A stretch of 64,000 nt of DNA from an uncultured Rhodospirillaceae bacterium (GCA_937880925.1 CALGGB010000065.1:6004-70003); one strand, 5' to 3'; counted from the first letter of the stretch, positions 27,455 through 38,369 are shown. A program made the numbers and translations. Notes: a model not told the origin generated them from the letters alone.

Positions 27455-28360
27455 TCACGTCCGCGGCGGCGCGGAAGACAGGCTGGCGCGTGCCTGGCGC
27501 GCCAGGATGGCCTCGCGTCGGAAGACGTAGATACCCGAACCGGCGACCACGGCGGCCCCGACCAGGGTCCAGGCATCCGGCCAGTCGTTGAAGATCAGCC
27601 AGCCCGCGATCACCGCCAGCACGATGTGCCCGAAGGTGAAGGGCGCCAGAGTCGAGACCGGGGCACTGCGATAGGCCAGGATCAGGCAGAAGTGCCCGAT
27701 CGAGCCGAAGGCGCCGATCGCCACCAGCAGGCCCCACTGGATGGCATCGGGCGCCGTCCAGACGCCGGGCAGCGACACGATCGCGATGGTCGAGACCACG
27801 GCGCCGAAGACATTGGTGTAGGCAAGGCTGGTGTCGGCGGTGTCGTGGCGCACGACCAGGCGGGTACAGACGTTGTAGGTCGCCATGAGCGTGGCAACGA
27901 TAAGCGGCAGGAAATAGGCCCAGTGGCGCTCCTCGAAGCCCGGCCGCAGCACGATCATGATGCCGACGAAGCCGATGGCGATGGCGCTCCAGCGCCGCAC
28001 GCCCACCTTCTCGCCCAGGATGGGGATGGCGAGTGCGGTGGCCAGCAGGGGCGAGACGAAGCCAATGGCGATGGCGTCGGCGAGCGGGATGTACTTGATC
28101 GCCGTGAAGAAGGTGGCGGTCGTTGCCGCCAGAAGGGCGCCGCGCAGCAGTTGCAGCCAGGGCCGCTTGCTGCGCACGGCCAGACGAAGGCGGCGCGGCC
28201 CCATCAGGAAGGGCAGCAGGAGAACCGAGAAGATATAGCGCCCCCAGACCACCTGCATCGGGTCGAGCGAACCGGTCATGAACTTCGCCGTGGAATCGAG
28301 TGAGACGAAGAAGACGATGGACAGCAGGACGAAGGTGATGCCGCGGGGGATGTTGTCCAA
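27455..28360 (-). CDS. DMT (EamA) family transporter, copy 1
   Basis: TTG start LDNIPRGI; LGEKVGVRRWSAIAIGFVG; LAPFTF; FNDWPD. Confidence 0.92.
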   Translation of the reverse strand: MDNIPRGITFVLLSIVFFVSLDSTAKFMTGSLDPMQVVWGRYIFSVLLLPFLMGPRRLRLAVRSKRPWLQLLRGALLAATTATFFTAIKYIPLADAIAIGFVSPLLATALAIPILGEKVGVRRWSAIAIGFVGIMIVLRPGFEERHWAYFLPLIVATLMATYNVCTRLVVRHDTADTSLAYTNVFGAVVSTIAIVSLPGVWTAPDAIQWGLLVAIGAFGSIGHFCLILAYRSAPVSTLAPFTFGHIVLAVIAGWLIFNDWPDAWTLVGAAVVAGSGIYVFRREAILARQARASLSSAPPRT

Positions 28361-28500
28361 GAATGGTCCGATCCGGTGGGAACCCTCTGCTTCTAGTGCG
28401 GATCGCCAAGGGATGAAACCGATACCTTGGGCGCCAAAGATCGCCATTGCCGACGCCCCGGCAACGGGTGTTCACTTTGGCAGTTGCGGAGATTTCAGCC

Positions 28501-29376
28501 ATGAACACGGCCTTGCCCCGGGCGATCACGCCTGAAGAGATCGAGACTTTCCAGCGCGACGGCGTCGTGTGCCTGCGGGGCCTGTTCGACGGCGACTGGG
28601 TCGAGGAACTGCGCCGGGGCCTGGCGCGCAACCGCTCCGAACCCGGCCACCGCTCCCGCATCTACGACCGCACCGCCGACAACCAGACCTTCTTCTATGA
28701 TTCCGATTCCTGGCAGCGCATCGCCGAATACGAACGGTTCGTGCGCAAGAGTCCGTGTGCCGAGATCGCCGCGACCCTGATGGGCTCATCCAAGGCCAAC
28801 CTGTTTTTTGATGCCGTCTTCCTGCGCGGCACGGGCCAGCAGTTCCGCACCCCATGGCACCAGGACGAGCCCTACTGGTCGATCCGCGGCATGCAGACCG
28901 TGAGCATCTGGATGCCGATGGTCGAGGTCGAGAAGAAGAGCGCCCTGGAATTCATCCCCGGCAGCCACCTGTGGACGCAGAACTACCGCCAGAAGGACTT
29001 CGCCGAGCTCAACCCCGACGGCCAGCAGGGCATCGCAACGGCAAAACTCGATGGCGAGGACTGGCTGCCCCTGCCCGATTTCGACGCCGACCCCGTACGC
29101 TGGAACGTCACCTCCTGGGACATGGCGCCGGGCGATGCCGCCTGCTTCAACGCCCGCCTGTTCCATGGCGGATCGGGAAGGCTGGCGGAAGGCCGCGAAC
29201 TCAGCGTCTTCAACACCAAGTGGCTGGGCGACGACGTGCGCTGCGCCTTCCGCCCCTATGGCATGGACCCCGACCACACAGGCAAGATGCGCGCCGCGGG
29301 CATGGCCGACGGCGACCCGATCGACGGCCGCGTGTATCCCCAGATCTGGCCGCCGATGGCCTCGCAGGCCGCCTGA
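28501..29376 (+). CDS. phytanoyl-CoA dioxygenase (PhyH) family 2OG-Fe(II) enzyme
   Basis: FQRDGVVCLRG, TPWHQDEPYW, LEFIPGSH, PGDAACFNARLFHG. Confidence 0.92.
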   Translation: MNTALPRAITPEEIETFQRDGVVCLRGLFDGDWVEELRRGLARNRSEPGHRSRIYDRTADNQTFFYDSDSWQRIAEYERFVRKSPCAEIAATLMGSSKANLFFDAVFLRGTGQQFRTPWHQDEPYWSIRGMQTVSIWMPMVEVEKKSALEFIPGSHLWTQNYRQKDFAELNPDGQQGIATAKLDGEDWLPLPDFDADPVRWNVTSWDMAPGDAACFNARLFHGGSGRLAEGRELSVFNTKWLGDDVRCAFRPYGMDPDHTGKMRAAGMADGDPIDGRVYPQIWPPMASQAA

Positions 29377-29450
29377 ACGGAACGCAACCACAAGCATCTG
29401 TTGCACCCGCGGTGCCGGCCTGAGAAGCTGTGGCCGAAGAGGAAGCCGGC

Positions 29451-31043
29451 ATGCAGCACGATGTCGATGTGCTTGTGGTCGGAGCGGGCCCGGTGGGGCT
29501 GTTCCTGGCCTGCGACCTGGCGCGGCGCGGTATCGCCGTGCGCCTGGTCGATCGTAATGGCGGGCCCACGGACCTTTCCAAGGCGCTGGGCATTCATGCC
29601 CGCACGATGGAGGCCTTCCAGGATCTGGGCATCGCCGAGAGGGCGCTGGAGCGTGGCCTGCCGATCCCTTCCGCAACGTTCCATTCCCACCGCCGCCAAC
29701 TGGGCCGTGTCCGCTTCGAGCGGCTGGAGAGCCCCTATCCGTTCCTGCTCGACCTCGAACAGGGCCAGACCGAACGACTGCTGATGGAGCACCTGGGCGA
29801 ACTGGGCGGGCGCGACGAACGCAATTGCGCGCTGACCGGCTTCGAACAGGATGAAGACGGCGTAACGGCAAGCCTGGAACACGGCGACGGAAGGCGCGAA
29901 ACCTGCCGGGCACGTTATCTGGTGGGTTGCGACGGCGCCCACAGCACGGTGCGCCATGCGCTGGGGCTGGGTTTTGCCGGCGAGTCGCTGCAGGCCAACA
30001 TGCTGCTGGCCGATGTCATGCTGGACTGGTCGATCCCCTACAACGAGGTGATCATCGCCTTTGCGGGCGGTTCGCTGCTGTTTGTCGCGCCGCTGGCATC
30101 GGGGCGCGCGCGCGTCATCGGCGACCTGCACGAAGACATGGAGGCGCCTGATCTGGCCACCGTCCAGGCCATGCTGGACGAACGCAGCCCGGTCGCGGCG
30201 CGCGCCAGCGATCCGGTCTGGATCACCAACTTCCGCATCAGCGAACGCCAGGTCGAACGCTACCGCGAACGCCGCGTCTTCCTGGCGGGCGATGCCGCCC
30301 ATATCCACAGCCCGGCAGGCGGCCAGGGCATGAACACCGGCATCCAGGATGCCTACAACCTGGCCTGGAAGCTGGCCCTGGCGGTGGGCGAGGCCGGCGC
30401 GCGCGGCCTGCTCGACAGCTATGATGCCGAGCGGCGCCCTGTGGGCGCACAGGTCCTGGCCCAGACCGGGCGCATGCTGCGCACCGCCCAGGTCGCCAAT
30501 CCTCTGGGCCGTTTCCTGCGCGACAGCGCCATCAGCCTGCTGATGGCGCGCAGGCGCGTGCAGAAGTCCATCACCCGCCAGCTTTCCCAACTCGCCGTGG
30601 AATACGGCGGCAGTCCCATCGTGATGACGTCCTGGCACCATGCCCACCAGGGCCTGCAGGCCGGTCAGCGTGCGCCTGACGGCCCTGTGGTGGATGCACG
30701 CGACGGCGCCCGCACGACCCTGTTCGAGGCGATGCGGGGTACGGGTCATGTCCTGCTGGGTTTCGGTGCGGGCGACGAGACAGGGCCCCTGCTGCAGGCC
30801 GCCGAGGCGGCCGTGGAACGCCATGGCAGCCATGTCCGCGCCCTGCTGGTGATGCCCGGCGAGGAAAGGCCGCCGGCAGGCTTCAGCCATGTCGACCCCG
30901 GCGGCAAGCTGCATGGGCTCTACGGTGCCTCGGCGCCCAGCCTCTATTGCATCCGCCCCGACGGCTATGTCGGCCTCGCCTGCAGACCTCCCGACATTGT
31001 CGCCGTGGGCCGATATTTCGCGCGTATCTTCCGTTCCGATTGA
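29451..31043 (+). CDS. FAD-dependent monooxygenase (aromatic hydroxylase family)
   Basis: [55 protein letters not shown]. Confidence 0.93.
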   Translation: MQHDVDVLVVGAGPVGLFLACDLARRGIAVRLVDRNGGPTDLSKALGIHARTMEAFQDLGIAERALERGLPIPSATFHSHRRQLGRVRFERLESPYPFLLDLEQGQTERLLMEHLGELGGRDERNCALTGFEQDEDGVTASLEHGDGRRETCRARYLVGCDGAHSTVRHALGLGFAGESLQANMLLADVMLDWSIPYNEVIIAFAGGSLLFVAPLASGRARVIGDLHEDMEAPDLATVQAMLDERSPVAARASDPVWITNFRISERQVERYRERRVFLAGDAAHIHSPAGGQGMNTGIQDAYNLAWKLALAVGEAGARGLLDSYDAERRPVGAQVLAQTGRMLRTAQVANPLGRFLRDSAISLLMARRRVQKSITRQLSQLAVEYGGSPIVMTSWHHAHQGLQAGQRAPDGPVVDARDGARTTLFEAMRGTGHVLLGFGAGDETGPLLQAAEAAVERHGSHVRALLVMPGEERPPAGFSHVDPGGKLHGLYGASAPSLYCIRPDGYVGLACRPPDIVAVGRYFARIFRSD

Positions 31044-31099
31044 GCGCGGCGTCACGGCGGGCGATAAGGCGCCCTGGAGTGCGTGAAGGGGGCCTTGCC

Positions 31100-31603
31100 A
31101 TGAACCAGGGATCAGCGCCGGTGGAACACACCGGCCTCGACGTCGTCGTGAAGCCCGAATGGATCGACTTCAACGGCCACATGAACATCGCCTACTACGT
31201 CGCCGCCTTCGACCTTGCGACCGACAACCTGTTCCGCATCGTCACACCCGACATCTGGGACGGCGACACCTTCCTTGGCGGCTTCTATGCCGTGGAGATG
31301 CACATCACCTACGAGCGCGAACTCTATGAGGGCCAGCCCCTGCGCTTCACGACACAGCTCCTGGGTGTCGACGACAAGCGCCTGCATTTCTTCCATCGCA
31401 TGTATCACGCAGAGGACGGCTATCTGGCCGCCACCAACGAGTTGATGTTCCTGTGCATCGATCGCGAAACCCGCCGCGCCGGGCCGATGGCGCCGCACCA
31501 CTTCGAGATCTGGGAGAAGCTGGCGCAGCGCCACGGCCTGATGCCCAGGCCGCACCAGGCCGGCCGCGTCATGTCGGTCAAATCGAGGAAGCCTGGGCGA
31601 TGA
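31100..31603 (+). CDS. hotdog thioesterase (betainyl/acyl-CoA thioesterase-like)
   Basis: EWIDFNGHMNIAYY, EMHITYERE, DDKRLHFFHRM. Confidence 0.88.
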   Translation: MNQGSAPVEHTGLDVVVKPEWIDFNGHMNIAYYVAAFDLATDNLFRIVTPDIWDGDTFLGGFYAVEMHITYERELYEGQPLRFTTQLLGVDDKRLHFFHRMYHAEDGYLAATNELMFLCIDRETRRAGPMAPHHFEIWEKLAQRHGLMPRPHQAGRVMSVKSRKPGR

Positions 31604-32829
31604 ACACCCCCAACGACATCGTCCGCCCGGAGATCGAGACCGGCTCGCCGCCCCATCCCGAGCCACTCCCCCTGACACCCGCACAGATGCGGCGCAGCCT
31701 GGGCGCGGTGATCGCCAGCGCCTTTGCCGCTTCGCTCACCTTCTCTGTCTGCATGCCGCTGCTCGCCCTGATCCTGGAGCGGCGCGGCACCTCCGACATC
31801 ATCATCGGCCTCAATACCGCGGCCTCGCCCGCGGGTCTGCTGATCTTCACCGTCCTGATGCCCCGGATCGTGGCCCGGCTTGGAACCATGCGCGCGCTGT
31901 ACCTGGGCTTCATCCTGATGATCTTCTCGATCGTCCTGTTCCCGGTGCTCGACAACGTGTGGCTGTGGTTCCCGCTGCGCTTCCTGATGGGCATCGGCAT
32001 CGCCATCCACTGGGTGGTGAGCGAGACCTGGATCAACACCCTGGTCGACAACCGCATCCGCGGGCGCGTCATGGGCATCTACGTCACCGCGCTGTCGGCC
32101 GGCTCGCTGGTCGGCATCCTGACGCTCTATCTGGTCGGCTCGGAAGGCACCGATCCGTTCTTCATCATCGCCGCGGTGATGGCCATGGGCGTCATGCCCC
32201 TGGTCCTGGCGCGCGATCTGGCGCCGGGCATCGCGGTGCACGAGAGCTTCGGCCTGCTGGCGGCCATGCGGCGGGCCCCGACCGTAATGTCGGCGGCACT
32301 GACCGACGGCTTCGTCATGGGCGCGCTCTTTGCCTTCTTCCTGATCTATGCCCAGCGCATGGGGTTCGATGAGGAGAACGCGCTGGTCATGTTCATCGTG
32401 CTGTCGGTCGGCAACGCCACCCTGCAATACCTGGTGGGCATGCTCGCGGACCGCTTCAACAAACGCATGCTGCTGATCGTTTTCGCCCTGCTGGTGGCCG
32501 GCGGCACGCTGCTGCTGCCCTTCGCGATGTCCGATCCGCTGCTGCTGTGGCCTACGCTGTTCCTGTGGGGCGGCATCATGGGCGGCATCTATACCTGCGG
32601 CATCGCGCTGATCGGCGAACGCTTTCGCCGCGACGAGCTGGCCGCGGCCAACGCGAGTTTCATCTTCACCTACGAGTTCGGCCATCTGCTGGGCCCGACG
32701 GTGGCCGGAATTGCCATGGCGCTCTGGGATCCACACGGCCTGATTGTGGTCGCCGTGGGTGCCGGACTGATGTTCGCGCTGGTCGCTTCCGTGCGCCAGG
32801 CAAGAATAGGCAGGAAGGTTGTCCGATAA
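31600..32829 (+). CDS. MFS transporter (YcaD-like)
   Basis: SETWIN...RGRVMGIY, GMLADRFNKR, about 12 TM helices; ATGA overlap. Confidence 0.9.
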   Translation: MNTPNDIVRPEIETGSPPHPEPLPLTPAQMRRSLGAVIASAFAASLTFSVCMPLLALILERRGTSDIIIGLNTAASPAGLLIFTVLMPRIVARLGTMRALYLGFILMIFSIVLFPVLDNVWLWFPLRFLMGIGIAIHWVVSETWINTLVDNRIRGRVMGIYVTALSAGSLVGILTLYLVGSEGTDPFFIIAAVMAMGVMPLVLARDLAPGIAVHESFGLLAAMRRAPTVMSAALTDGFVMGALFAFFLIYAQRMGFDEENALVMFIVLSVGNATLQYLVGMLADRFNKRMLLIVFALLVAGGTLLLPFAMSDPLLLWPTLFLWGGIMGGIYTCGIALIGERFRRDELAAANASFIFTYEFGHLLGPTVAGIAMALWDPHGLIVVAVGAGLMFALVASVRQARIGRKVVR

Positions 32830-32936
32830 AGGGCCGGAATCCAAACAACTGGACCCAAGCCACTGGTCGTGCCTATGCTGCTCGAAGATCGGCTTTCTCA
32901 TAATGGCCGCCAATACTCGCATCCATGGGAGGGCAC

Positions 32937-33959
32937 ATGATGCAACCTATCAAAACGATCGCACTATCCTTTGCAGCAGTTCTGCTGGCCGGACAGGCCT
33001 TTGCCGGAGCCACGCTGGACGGCATCAAGGCCAACGATTCGCTGCGCTGCGGCGTCTCCGGCAGCCTTGCCGGATTCTCGCTGCCTGACAGCCAGGGCGT
33101 AATGCAGGGTCTGGACGCCGATGTCTGCCGCGCCGTGGCCGCCGCCATCCTGGGCGACTCCGAGAAGGTGGAATTCGTACCTCTTTCGGCCCAGCAGCGC
33201 TTCACCGCCCTGCAGTCAGGCGAGGTCGATCTTCTCTCGCGCAACACCACCTGGACGCTCACCCGCGACACCTCGCTGGGCCTCGATTTCACCGGCGTCA
33301 CCTTCTACGACGGTCAGGGCTTCATGGTCCCGACCTCGCTGGGCGTTTCCTCGGTCAGCGAACTCGACGGCGCCGCGGTCTGCGTCCAGACCGGCACCAC
33401 GACCGAGAAGAACCTCACCGACTTCTTCCGCGCGACCGGCATGAGCTTCCAGCCTGTCGTGTTCGAAGGCTTCGAAGAGTCGGTCACGGCCTTCATCAAC
33501 GGCCGTTGCGACGCCTACACCACCGATGCCTCGGGCCTGGCCTCGATCCGCGTCTCCAACGTCTCGAACCCGGACGACTATGTCATCCTGCCCGAGATCA
33601 TCTCCAAGGAGCCGCTTGGCCCCGTCGTGCGTAACGACGACGGCGAAATGTTCGATGTCGTCCGCTGGACGGTCTTTGCGATGCTGAACGCCGAAGAGGC
33701 AGGCATCACCTCGGAGAACATCGACAGCTTCAAGGGCAGCGAAGATCCCAACATCGCGCGCATCATGGGCGATGAGCCCGGCATGGGCACGGCCATGGGC
33801 ATCGACGATACCTGGGCCTACAACGTCATCTCGCAGGTGGGCAACTACGGCGAGGTGTTCGAGCGCAATGTCGGCGCCAGCACGCCGCTGGGCTTCCAGC
33901 GCGGCATCAATGCCCTGTGGACGCAGGGCGGCCTGATGTACGGCCCGCCGATCCGCTGA
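32937..33959 (+). CDS. aapJ: general L-amino-acid ABC transporter substrate-binding protein
   Basis: LRCGVS, RFTALQSGEVDLLSRNTTWT, ISKEPLGPVVR, GNYGEVFERN, GGLMYGPPIR. Confidence 0.95.
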   Translation: MMQPIKTIALSFAAVLLAGQAFAGATLDGIKANDSLRCGVSGSLAGFSLPDSQGVMQGLDADVCRAVAAAILGDSEKVEFVPLSAQQRFTALQSGEVDLLSRNTTWTLTRDTSLGLDFTGVTFYDGQGFMVPTSLGVSSVSELDGAAVCVQTGTTTEKNLTDFFRATGMSFQPVVFEGFEESVTAFINGRCDAYTTDASGLASIRVSNVSNPDDYVILPEIISKEPLGPVVRNDDGEMFDVVRWTVFAMLNAEEAGITSENIDSFKGSEDPNIARIMGDEPGMGTAMGIDDTWAYNVISQVGNYGEVFERNVGASTPLGFQRGINALWTQGGLMYGPPIR

Positions 33960-33972
33960 TCGGAAGCAAACG

Positions 33973-34005
33973 CACCGCCGCCCGGAGTTCTTCCGGGCGG
34001 CGGTG
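33973..34005 (+). terminator. 14-bp perfect hairpin between aapJ and aapQ (mRNA stabiliser/partial terminator)
   Basis: CACCGCCGCCCGGA-GTTCT-TCCGGGCGGCGGTG. Confidence 0.6.
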
Positions 34006-34017
34006 GCGGTTTCCGCC

Positions 34018-35214
34018 ATGACCATTCAGCATCAGTCCAGCGATGTGCAAGCCGCCGCTCCGGCGCGCGCGGCCTTCTACAACGACCCCACCGTTCGCGC
34101 GATCTTCTGGCAGGTCGTGGTCTGCGGCGCGGTCCTGGCCCTGATCGGCTATCTGGTATCGAACGCGCTCGACAACCTTGCGCGCCAGAACATCGCCTCG
34201 GGCTTCGCTTTCCTCGATCTGCCTGCCGGTTTTGCCATCGGCGAAGGCATGATCGACTACGACCCTTCCAACACCTACCTGCGCGCCATCGTGCTGGGCG
34301 TGCTCAACACCATCAAGGTGGCGGTGGCGGGCATCATCTTTGCCACCATCATCGGCGTCATCGTGGGTGTCGCGCGGCTCTCGCCCAACTGGCTGGTGGC
34401 CCGCTTCGCGACTGTTTACATCGAAGCCCTGCGCAACGTGCCGCTGCTGCTGCAGCTGTTCTTCTGGTACGCGCTGCTGGTCGAGGCCCTGCCCATCGCG
34501 CGCGAGGCCTATGGCCCGATCATGGGTTTCTACCTTTCCAACCGCGGCCTCAACGTGCCGCTGCCCGACGACATCGGCTTTGTCTTTCCGCTGGTCGGAC
34601 TGCTGCTGGCGATAGCCGGTTCGGTCTGGCTCTACCGGCGCAACAAGCGCATCCATGACGCCACCGGAGAGACGCCCAACACGATTGTTCCCGTCCTCAT
34701 CATGCTGGTCGTCTTTCCCTTCCTGGGCTGGGTCGCCGGCGGTTTTCCGACCGCATTCGACACGCCCGAACTGAAGGGCTTTTCGTTCAACGGCGGCGGC
34801 GTGGTCTCGGCCGAATTCATGGCGTTGTGGCTGGGCCTGACGCTCTACACCGCCAGCTTCATCGCCGAGATCGTGCGAAGCGGCATCCAGGCCGTGACCA
34901 AGGGCCAGTGGGAGGCCGCGGGCGCGCTTGGCCTGCGCCGCGGTCAGATCCTGCGTTTCGTGGTCCTGCCCCAGGCTTTGCGCGTCATCATCCCGCCGAC
35001 CACCAGCCAGTACCTGAACCTGACCAAGAACAGCTCGCTTGCCGTCGCGATCGGATATCCCGACATCGTCTCGATCGCGGGCACGACGCTGAACCAGACC
35101 GGCCAGGCCATCGAAGGCATCGCCATCATCATGGCGGTCTATCTGACACTCAGCCTTTCGATCTCGGCGTTCATGAACTGGTACAACAAGAAGATCGCGC
35201 TGGTGGACCGCTGA
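34018..35214 (+). CDS. aapQ: amino-acid ABC transporter permease
   Basis: RNVPLLLQLFFWY, AEIVRSGIQAV, YLNLTKNSSLAVAIGYPD. Confidence 0.95.
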   Translation: MTIQHQSSDVQAAAPARAAFYNDPTVRAIFWQVVVCGAVLALIGYLVSNALDNLARQNIASGFAFLDLPAGFAIGEGMIDYDPSNTYLRAIVLGVLNTIKVAVAGIIFATIIGVIVGVARLSPNWLVARFATVYIEALRNVPLLLQLFFWYALLVEALPIAREAYGPIMGFYLSNRGLNVPLPDDIGFVFPLVGLLLAIAGSVWLYRRNKRIHDATGETPNTIVPVLIMLVVFPFLGWVAGGFPTAFDTPELKGFSFNGGGVVSAEFMALWLGLTLYTASFIAEIVRSGIQAVTKGQWEAAGALGLRRGQILRFVVLPQALRVIIPPTTSQYLNLTKNSSLAVAIGYPDIVSIAGTTLNQTGQAIEGIAIIMAVYLTLSLSISAFMNWYNKKIALVDR

Positions 35215-35215
35215 G

Positions 35216-36325
35216 ATGACCGAGCGCACCGTACAGCCGCACGAAGACTGGAGCCGCCCGCCGGCCGCCACCACCGGCGCCATCGGCTGGATGCGCAAGA
35301 ACCTGTTCAGCACCTGGCTCAACAGCGCGATGACCCTGGGCGCGCTCTACGTTCTGCTGACGACGATTCCGGGTCTCATACAGTGGGCCTTCATCGACGC
35401 CATCTGGGGCGACAACCCGCCCGAGGTCTGCAAGAACGTGCCCGGCGCCTGCTGGTCGTTCATCTACGAGAAGTACCGCTTCATCCTGTTCGGCGTGTAC
35501 CCGTGGGAGGAACACTGGCGCCCGCTGCTGGCCATGATCATCTTCCTGACCCTGATCTTCGGGTCCTGCATCAAGCCGCTGTGGGCGCTGGGCAAGTGGA
35601 TCATCGCGATCTGGGTCGTCGGCCTGACCATGGTCGGCATTCTGATGTGGGGCGGCATCCTGGGCATGGAATATGTCGACCAGTCGCAGTGGGGCGGCCT
35701 GCCGCTGACCCTGTTCCTGGCGACCTTCGGGGCCGTGCTCTCCTTCCCTCTGGCGATCCTGCTGGCGCTTGGCCGACGCTCGAACATGCCCGCGATCAAG
35801 GCGATCTGTGTCGCCTATATCGAGCTGATCCGCGGCGTGCCACTGATCTCCATCCTGTTCATGGCCTCGGTCATGTTCCCGCTGTTCCTGCCCACCGGCG
35901 TCTCCATCGACAAGCTGCTGCGCGCCGTCGTCGGCCTCATCCTGTTTTCGGCGGCCTATGGCGCGGAGATCGTGCGCGGCGGTCTGCAGGCGATCCCGCG
36001 CGGCCAGTACGAAGCCGCCGACGCCATGGGCCTCACCTACTGGCAGAAGATGGGCAAGGTCATCCTTCCCCAGGCCCTGCGCATCACCATTCCGCCCATG
36101 GTCAACGGCTTCATCGGCGGCTTCAAGGACACCTCGCTGGTCCTGATCATCGGCCTGTTCGACCTACTCTACACCACGCGCCTGGCCTTCCAGGACGTCA
36201 ACTGGCGACCCTATTTCGTCGAGGGTTATGTCTTCTGCGCGCTGATCTATTTCTGCTTCTGCTTCTTCATGTCGCGCTACAGCCAGTGGCTCGAGCGCGA
36301 TCTGGTCAAGGGCCAGAACTACTAG
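35216..36325 (+). CDS. aapM: amino-acid ABC transporter permease
   Basis: WGGLPLTL, IRGVPLISILF, RGGLQAIPRGQYEAA, FKDTSLV. Confidence 0.95.
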   Translation: MTERTVQPHEDWSRPPAATTGAIGWMRKNLFSTWLNSAMTLGALYVLLTTIPGLIQWAFIDAIWGDNPPEVCKNVPGACWSFIYEKYRFILFGVYPWEEHWRPLLAMIIFLTLIFGSCIKPLWALGKWIIAIWVVGLTMVGILMWGGILGMEYVDQSQWGGLPLTLFLATFGAVLSFPLAILLALGRRSNMPAIKAICVAYIELIRGVPLISILFMASVMFPLFLPTGVSIDKLLRAVVGLILFSAAYGAEIVRGGLQAIPRGQYEAADAMGLTYWQKMGKVILPQALRITIPPMVNGFIGGFKDTSLVLIIGLFDLLYTTRLAFQDVNWRPYFVEGYVFCALIYFCFCFFMSRYSQWLERDLVKGQNY

Positions 36326-36334
36326 GAGACCGCC

Positions 36335-37108
36335 ATGGCAGCCTCAGACCATACCGCAGCGCAGCCCGACCACGACTATGTCGTCGAACTGCGCCATGTT
36401 CACAAATGGTATGGCGAGTTCCATGTCCTGAAAGACATCAACCTGCAGGTCGGCCACGGCGAACGGGTCGTGGTCTGCGGCCCCTCGGGCTCGGGCAAGT
36501 CGACCATGATCCGCTGCATCAACCGGCTGGAGGAGCACCAGCGCGGCAATATCTTCGTCGAAGGCAACGAGCTGACCAACGACCTGCGCCAGGTCGACGC
36601 CATCCGCAAGGAAGTCGGCATGGTCTTCCAGCACTTCAACCTGTTCCCGCACATGACGGTGCTGGAGAATCTGATCCTGGGGCCGACCTGGGTGCGCAAG
36701 ATCCCGCGCAAGGATGCGATCGACACCGCCATGATGTATCTGGAGCGGGTCAAGATCCCCGAGCAGGCCAACAAGTTCCCGGGCCAGCTTTCGGGCGGCC
36801 AGCAGCAGCGCGTGGCGATCGCCCGCTCGCTGTGCATGAAACCCAAGATCATGCTCTTCGACGAGCCCACCAGCGCGCTTGATCCCGAGATGATCAAGGA
36901 GGTGCTCGACGTCATGATCGAGCTGGCCGAGGAAGGCATGACCATGATCTGCGTCACCCACGAGATGGGCTTTGCCCGCACCGTGGGCGATACCATGGTC
37001 TTCATGGATCAGGGCGAGATCGTCGAGATGTCGCCGCCCAGCGAATTCTTCGCCAACCCGAAGAACGAGCGCACCAAGCTGTTCCTGTCGCAGATCCTGT
37101 CGCACTGA
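36335..37108 (+). CDS. aapP: amino-acid ABC transporter ATP-binding protein
   Basis: [37 protein letters not shown]. Confidence 0.96.
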   Translation: MAASDHTAAQPDHDYVVELRHVHKWYGEFHVLKDINLQVGHGERVVVCGPSGSGKSTMIRCINRLEEHQRGNIFVEGNELTNDLRQVDAIRKEVGMVFQHFNLFPHMTVLENLILGPTWVRKIPRKDAIDTAMMYLERVKIPEQANKFPGQLSGGQQQRVAIARSLCMKPKIMLFDEPTSALDPEMIKEVLDVMIELAEEGMTMICVTHEMGFARTVGDTMVFMDQGEIVEMSPPSEFFANPKNERTKLFLSQILSH

Positions 37109-37118
37109 CCGGCAGGTT

Positions 37119-37568
37119 ATGAGCGGCCTCTATCTCGAGGACTATGCCGTCGGGCAGAGGTTCACCAGCGCCAGCCGCACCGTCGACACCGAGGCGATCA
37201 CCACCTTCGCCCGCCAGTACGATCCCCAGCCATTTCACCTGGACGATGACGCCGCGCGCGCGACGATCTTCAGCGGTCTTGCGGCCAGCGGCTGGCACAC
37301 CGCGGTCCTCACCATCGGCCTGCTGCTGGAAAGCGATTTCGTGCCCGCCAGCGGCATCGTCGGCGCGGGTTTCGATGAGTTCCGCTGGCCCCAGCCCGTG
37401 CGTCCCGGCGACACCCTGCATGCCGAATGCGAGATCCTGGAGGTGCGGGAGTCCAGATCCCGGCCGGGCCAGGGCCTGATCAAGGTGAAAACCACCACGC
37501 TCAACCAGAAGGGCGAGCCGGTGCTGTTCTTCATCGGCAACCTGATGGTGCCTGGCCGTCCCGCGTGA
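37119..37568 (+). CDS. MaoC-family dehydratase
   Basis: YDPQPFHLD, GLAASGWHT, PVRPGDTL. Confidence 0.92.
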   Translation: MSGLYLEDYAVGQRFTSASRTVDTEAITTFARQYDPQPFHLDDDAARATIFSGLAASGWHTAVLTIGLLLESDFVPASGIVGAGFDEFRWPQPVRPGDTLHAECEILEVRESRSRPGQGLIKVKTTTLNQKGEPVLFFIGNLMVPGRPA

Positions 37569-37575
37569 GGCCCCT

Positions 37576-38238
37576 TCAGGCGCCGGGAATACCGCCTTCG
37601 ACCACGACCTTGACGAAAGCGTTGCTCGCGGGATCGAGCGCCGTGAGCTGGCCCGTGGCGATGGCGAACCAGGCGCCATGCAACTGCAGGCGCCCGTCGG
37701 CCACGCGCTCGGTGATGAAGGGGAAGGTCTTGAGGTTCTCCAGCGACTGACGGATGCCCTCTTCCTCCACCGCGCGCTGCAACTCCGCCGGTGATGACTC
37801 GCTGGCGGTGCGCAGGGCATGGCCGCGCGCGGCATTGAGCAGCGACATCCACTTGCCGATGAAGCCGCGCGGACTGCCGTCGCTGTGCAGGCCCTCAAGG
37901 AAAGCCCCGATACCGCCGCACTGGCCGTGGCCCATGACCACGATGTGCTCGACCTCCAGCCCGGTGACGGCAAATTCCAGCGCAGCACTGGTGCCATGGT
38001 AGTCGCCATGAGGCTCCCACGGCGGCACCAGATTGGCGACGTTGCGCAGCACGAACAGCTCGCCGGGTCCGGCGCTGAAGATCGTGGCGGGATCGACGCG
38101 ACTGTCGCAGCAGGCCACGATCATGATGCGCGGTGTCTGCCCCTCGCTCTCAAGACGGCGATAGACCGAGGATTCCTGGACATAGCGGTTTTCCAGAAAG
38201 GCCCGGTAGCCCTCCATCAGGCGCTCGACACCCTGCAT
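37576..38238 (-). CDS. beta-class carbonic anhydrase
   Basis: GQTP...CCDSRV, PGELFVLRNVAN, GHGQCGG zinc ligands. Confidence 0.95.
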   Translation of the reverse strand: MQGVERLMEGYRAFLENRYVQESSVYRRLESEGQTPRIMIVACCDSRVDPATIFSAGPGELFVLRNVANLVPPWEPHGDYHGTSAALEFAVTGLEVEHIVVMGHGQCGGIGAFLEGLHSDGSPRGFIGKWMSLLNAARGHALRTASESSPAELQRAVEEEGIRQSLENLKTFPFITERVADGRLQLHGAWFAIATGQLTALDPASNAFVKVVVEGGIPGA

Positions 38239-38369
38239 GCATCGTCTCCGTTGTCGTGTGCGGCCCAGATAGGTCGTTGTCCCGCTGATGGCAAGCGGCA
38301 GGCGTTCGTGGACGCCCCGGCGGGCGGACGTTACGATTCCTTCCACGCCACGCCACCACGGAGGCACCC

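Noticed and set aside
29379-29402. EcfG-like promoter before the FAD monooxygenase
   Set aside because: GGAAC is followed by TGTT at a spacer one base short of consensus; too weak to call.
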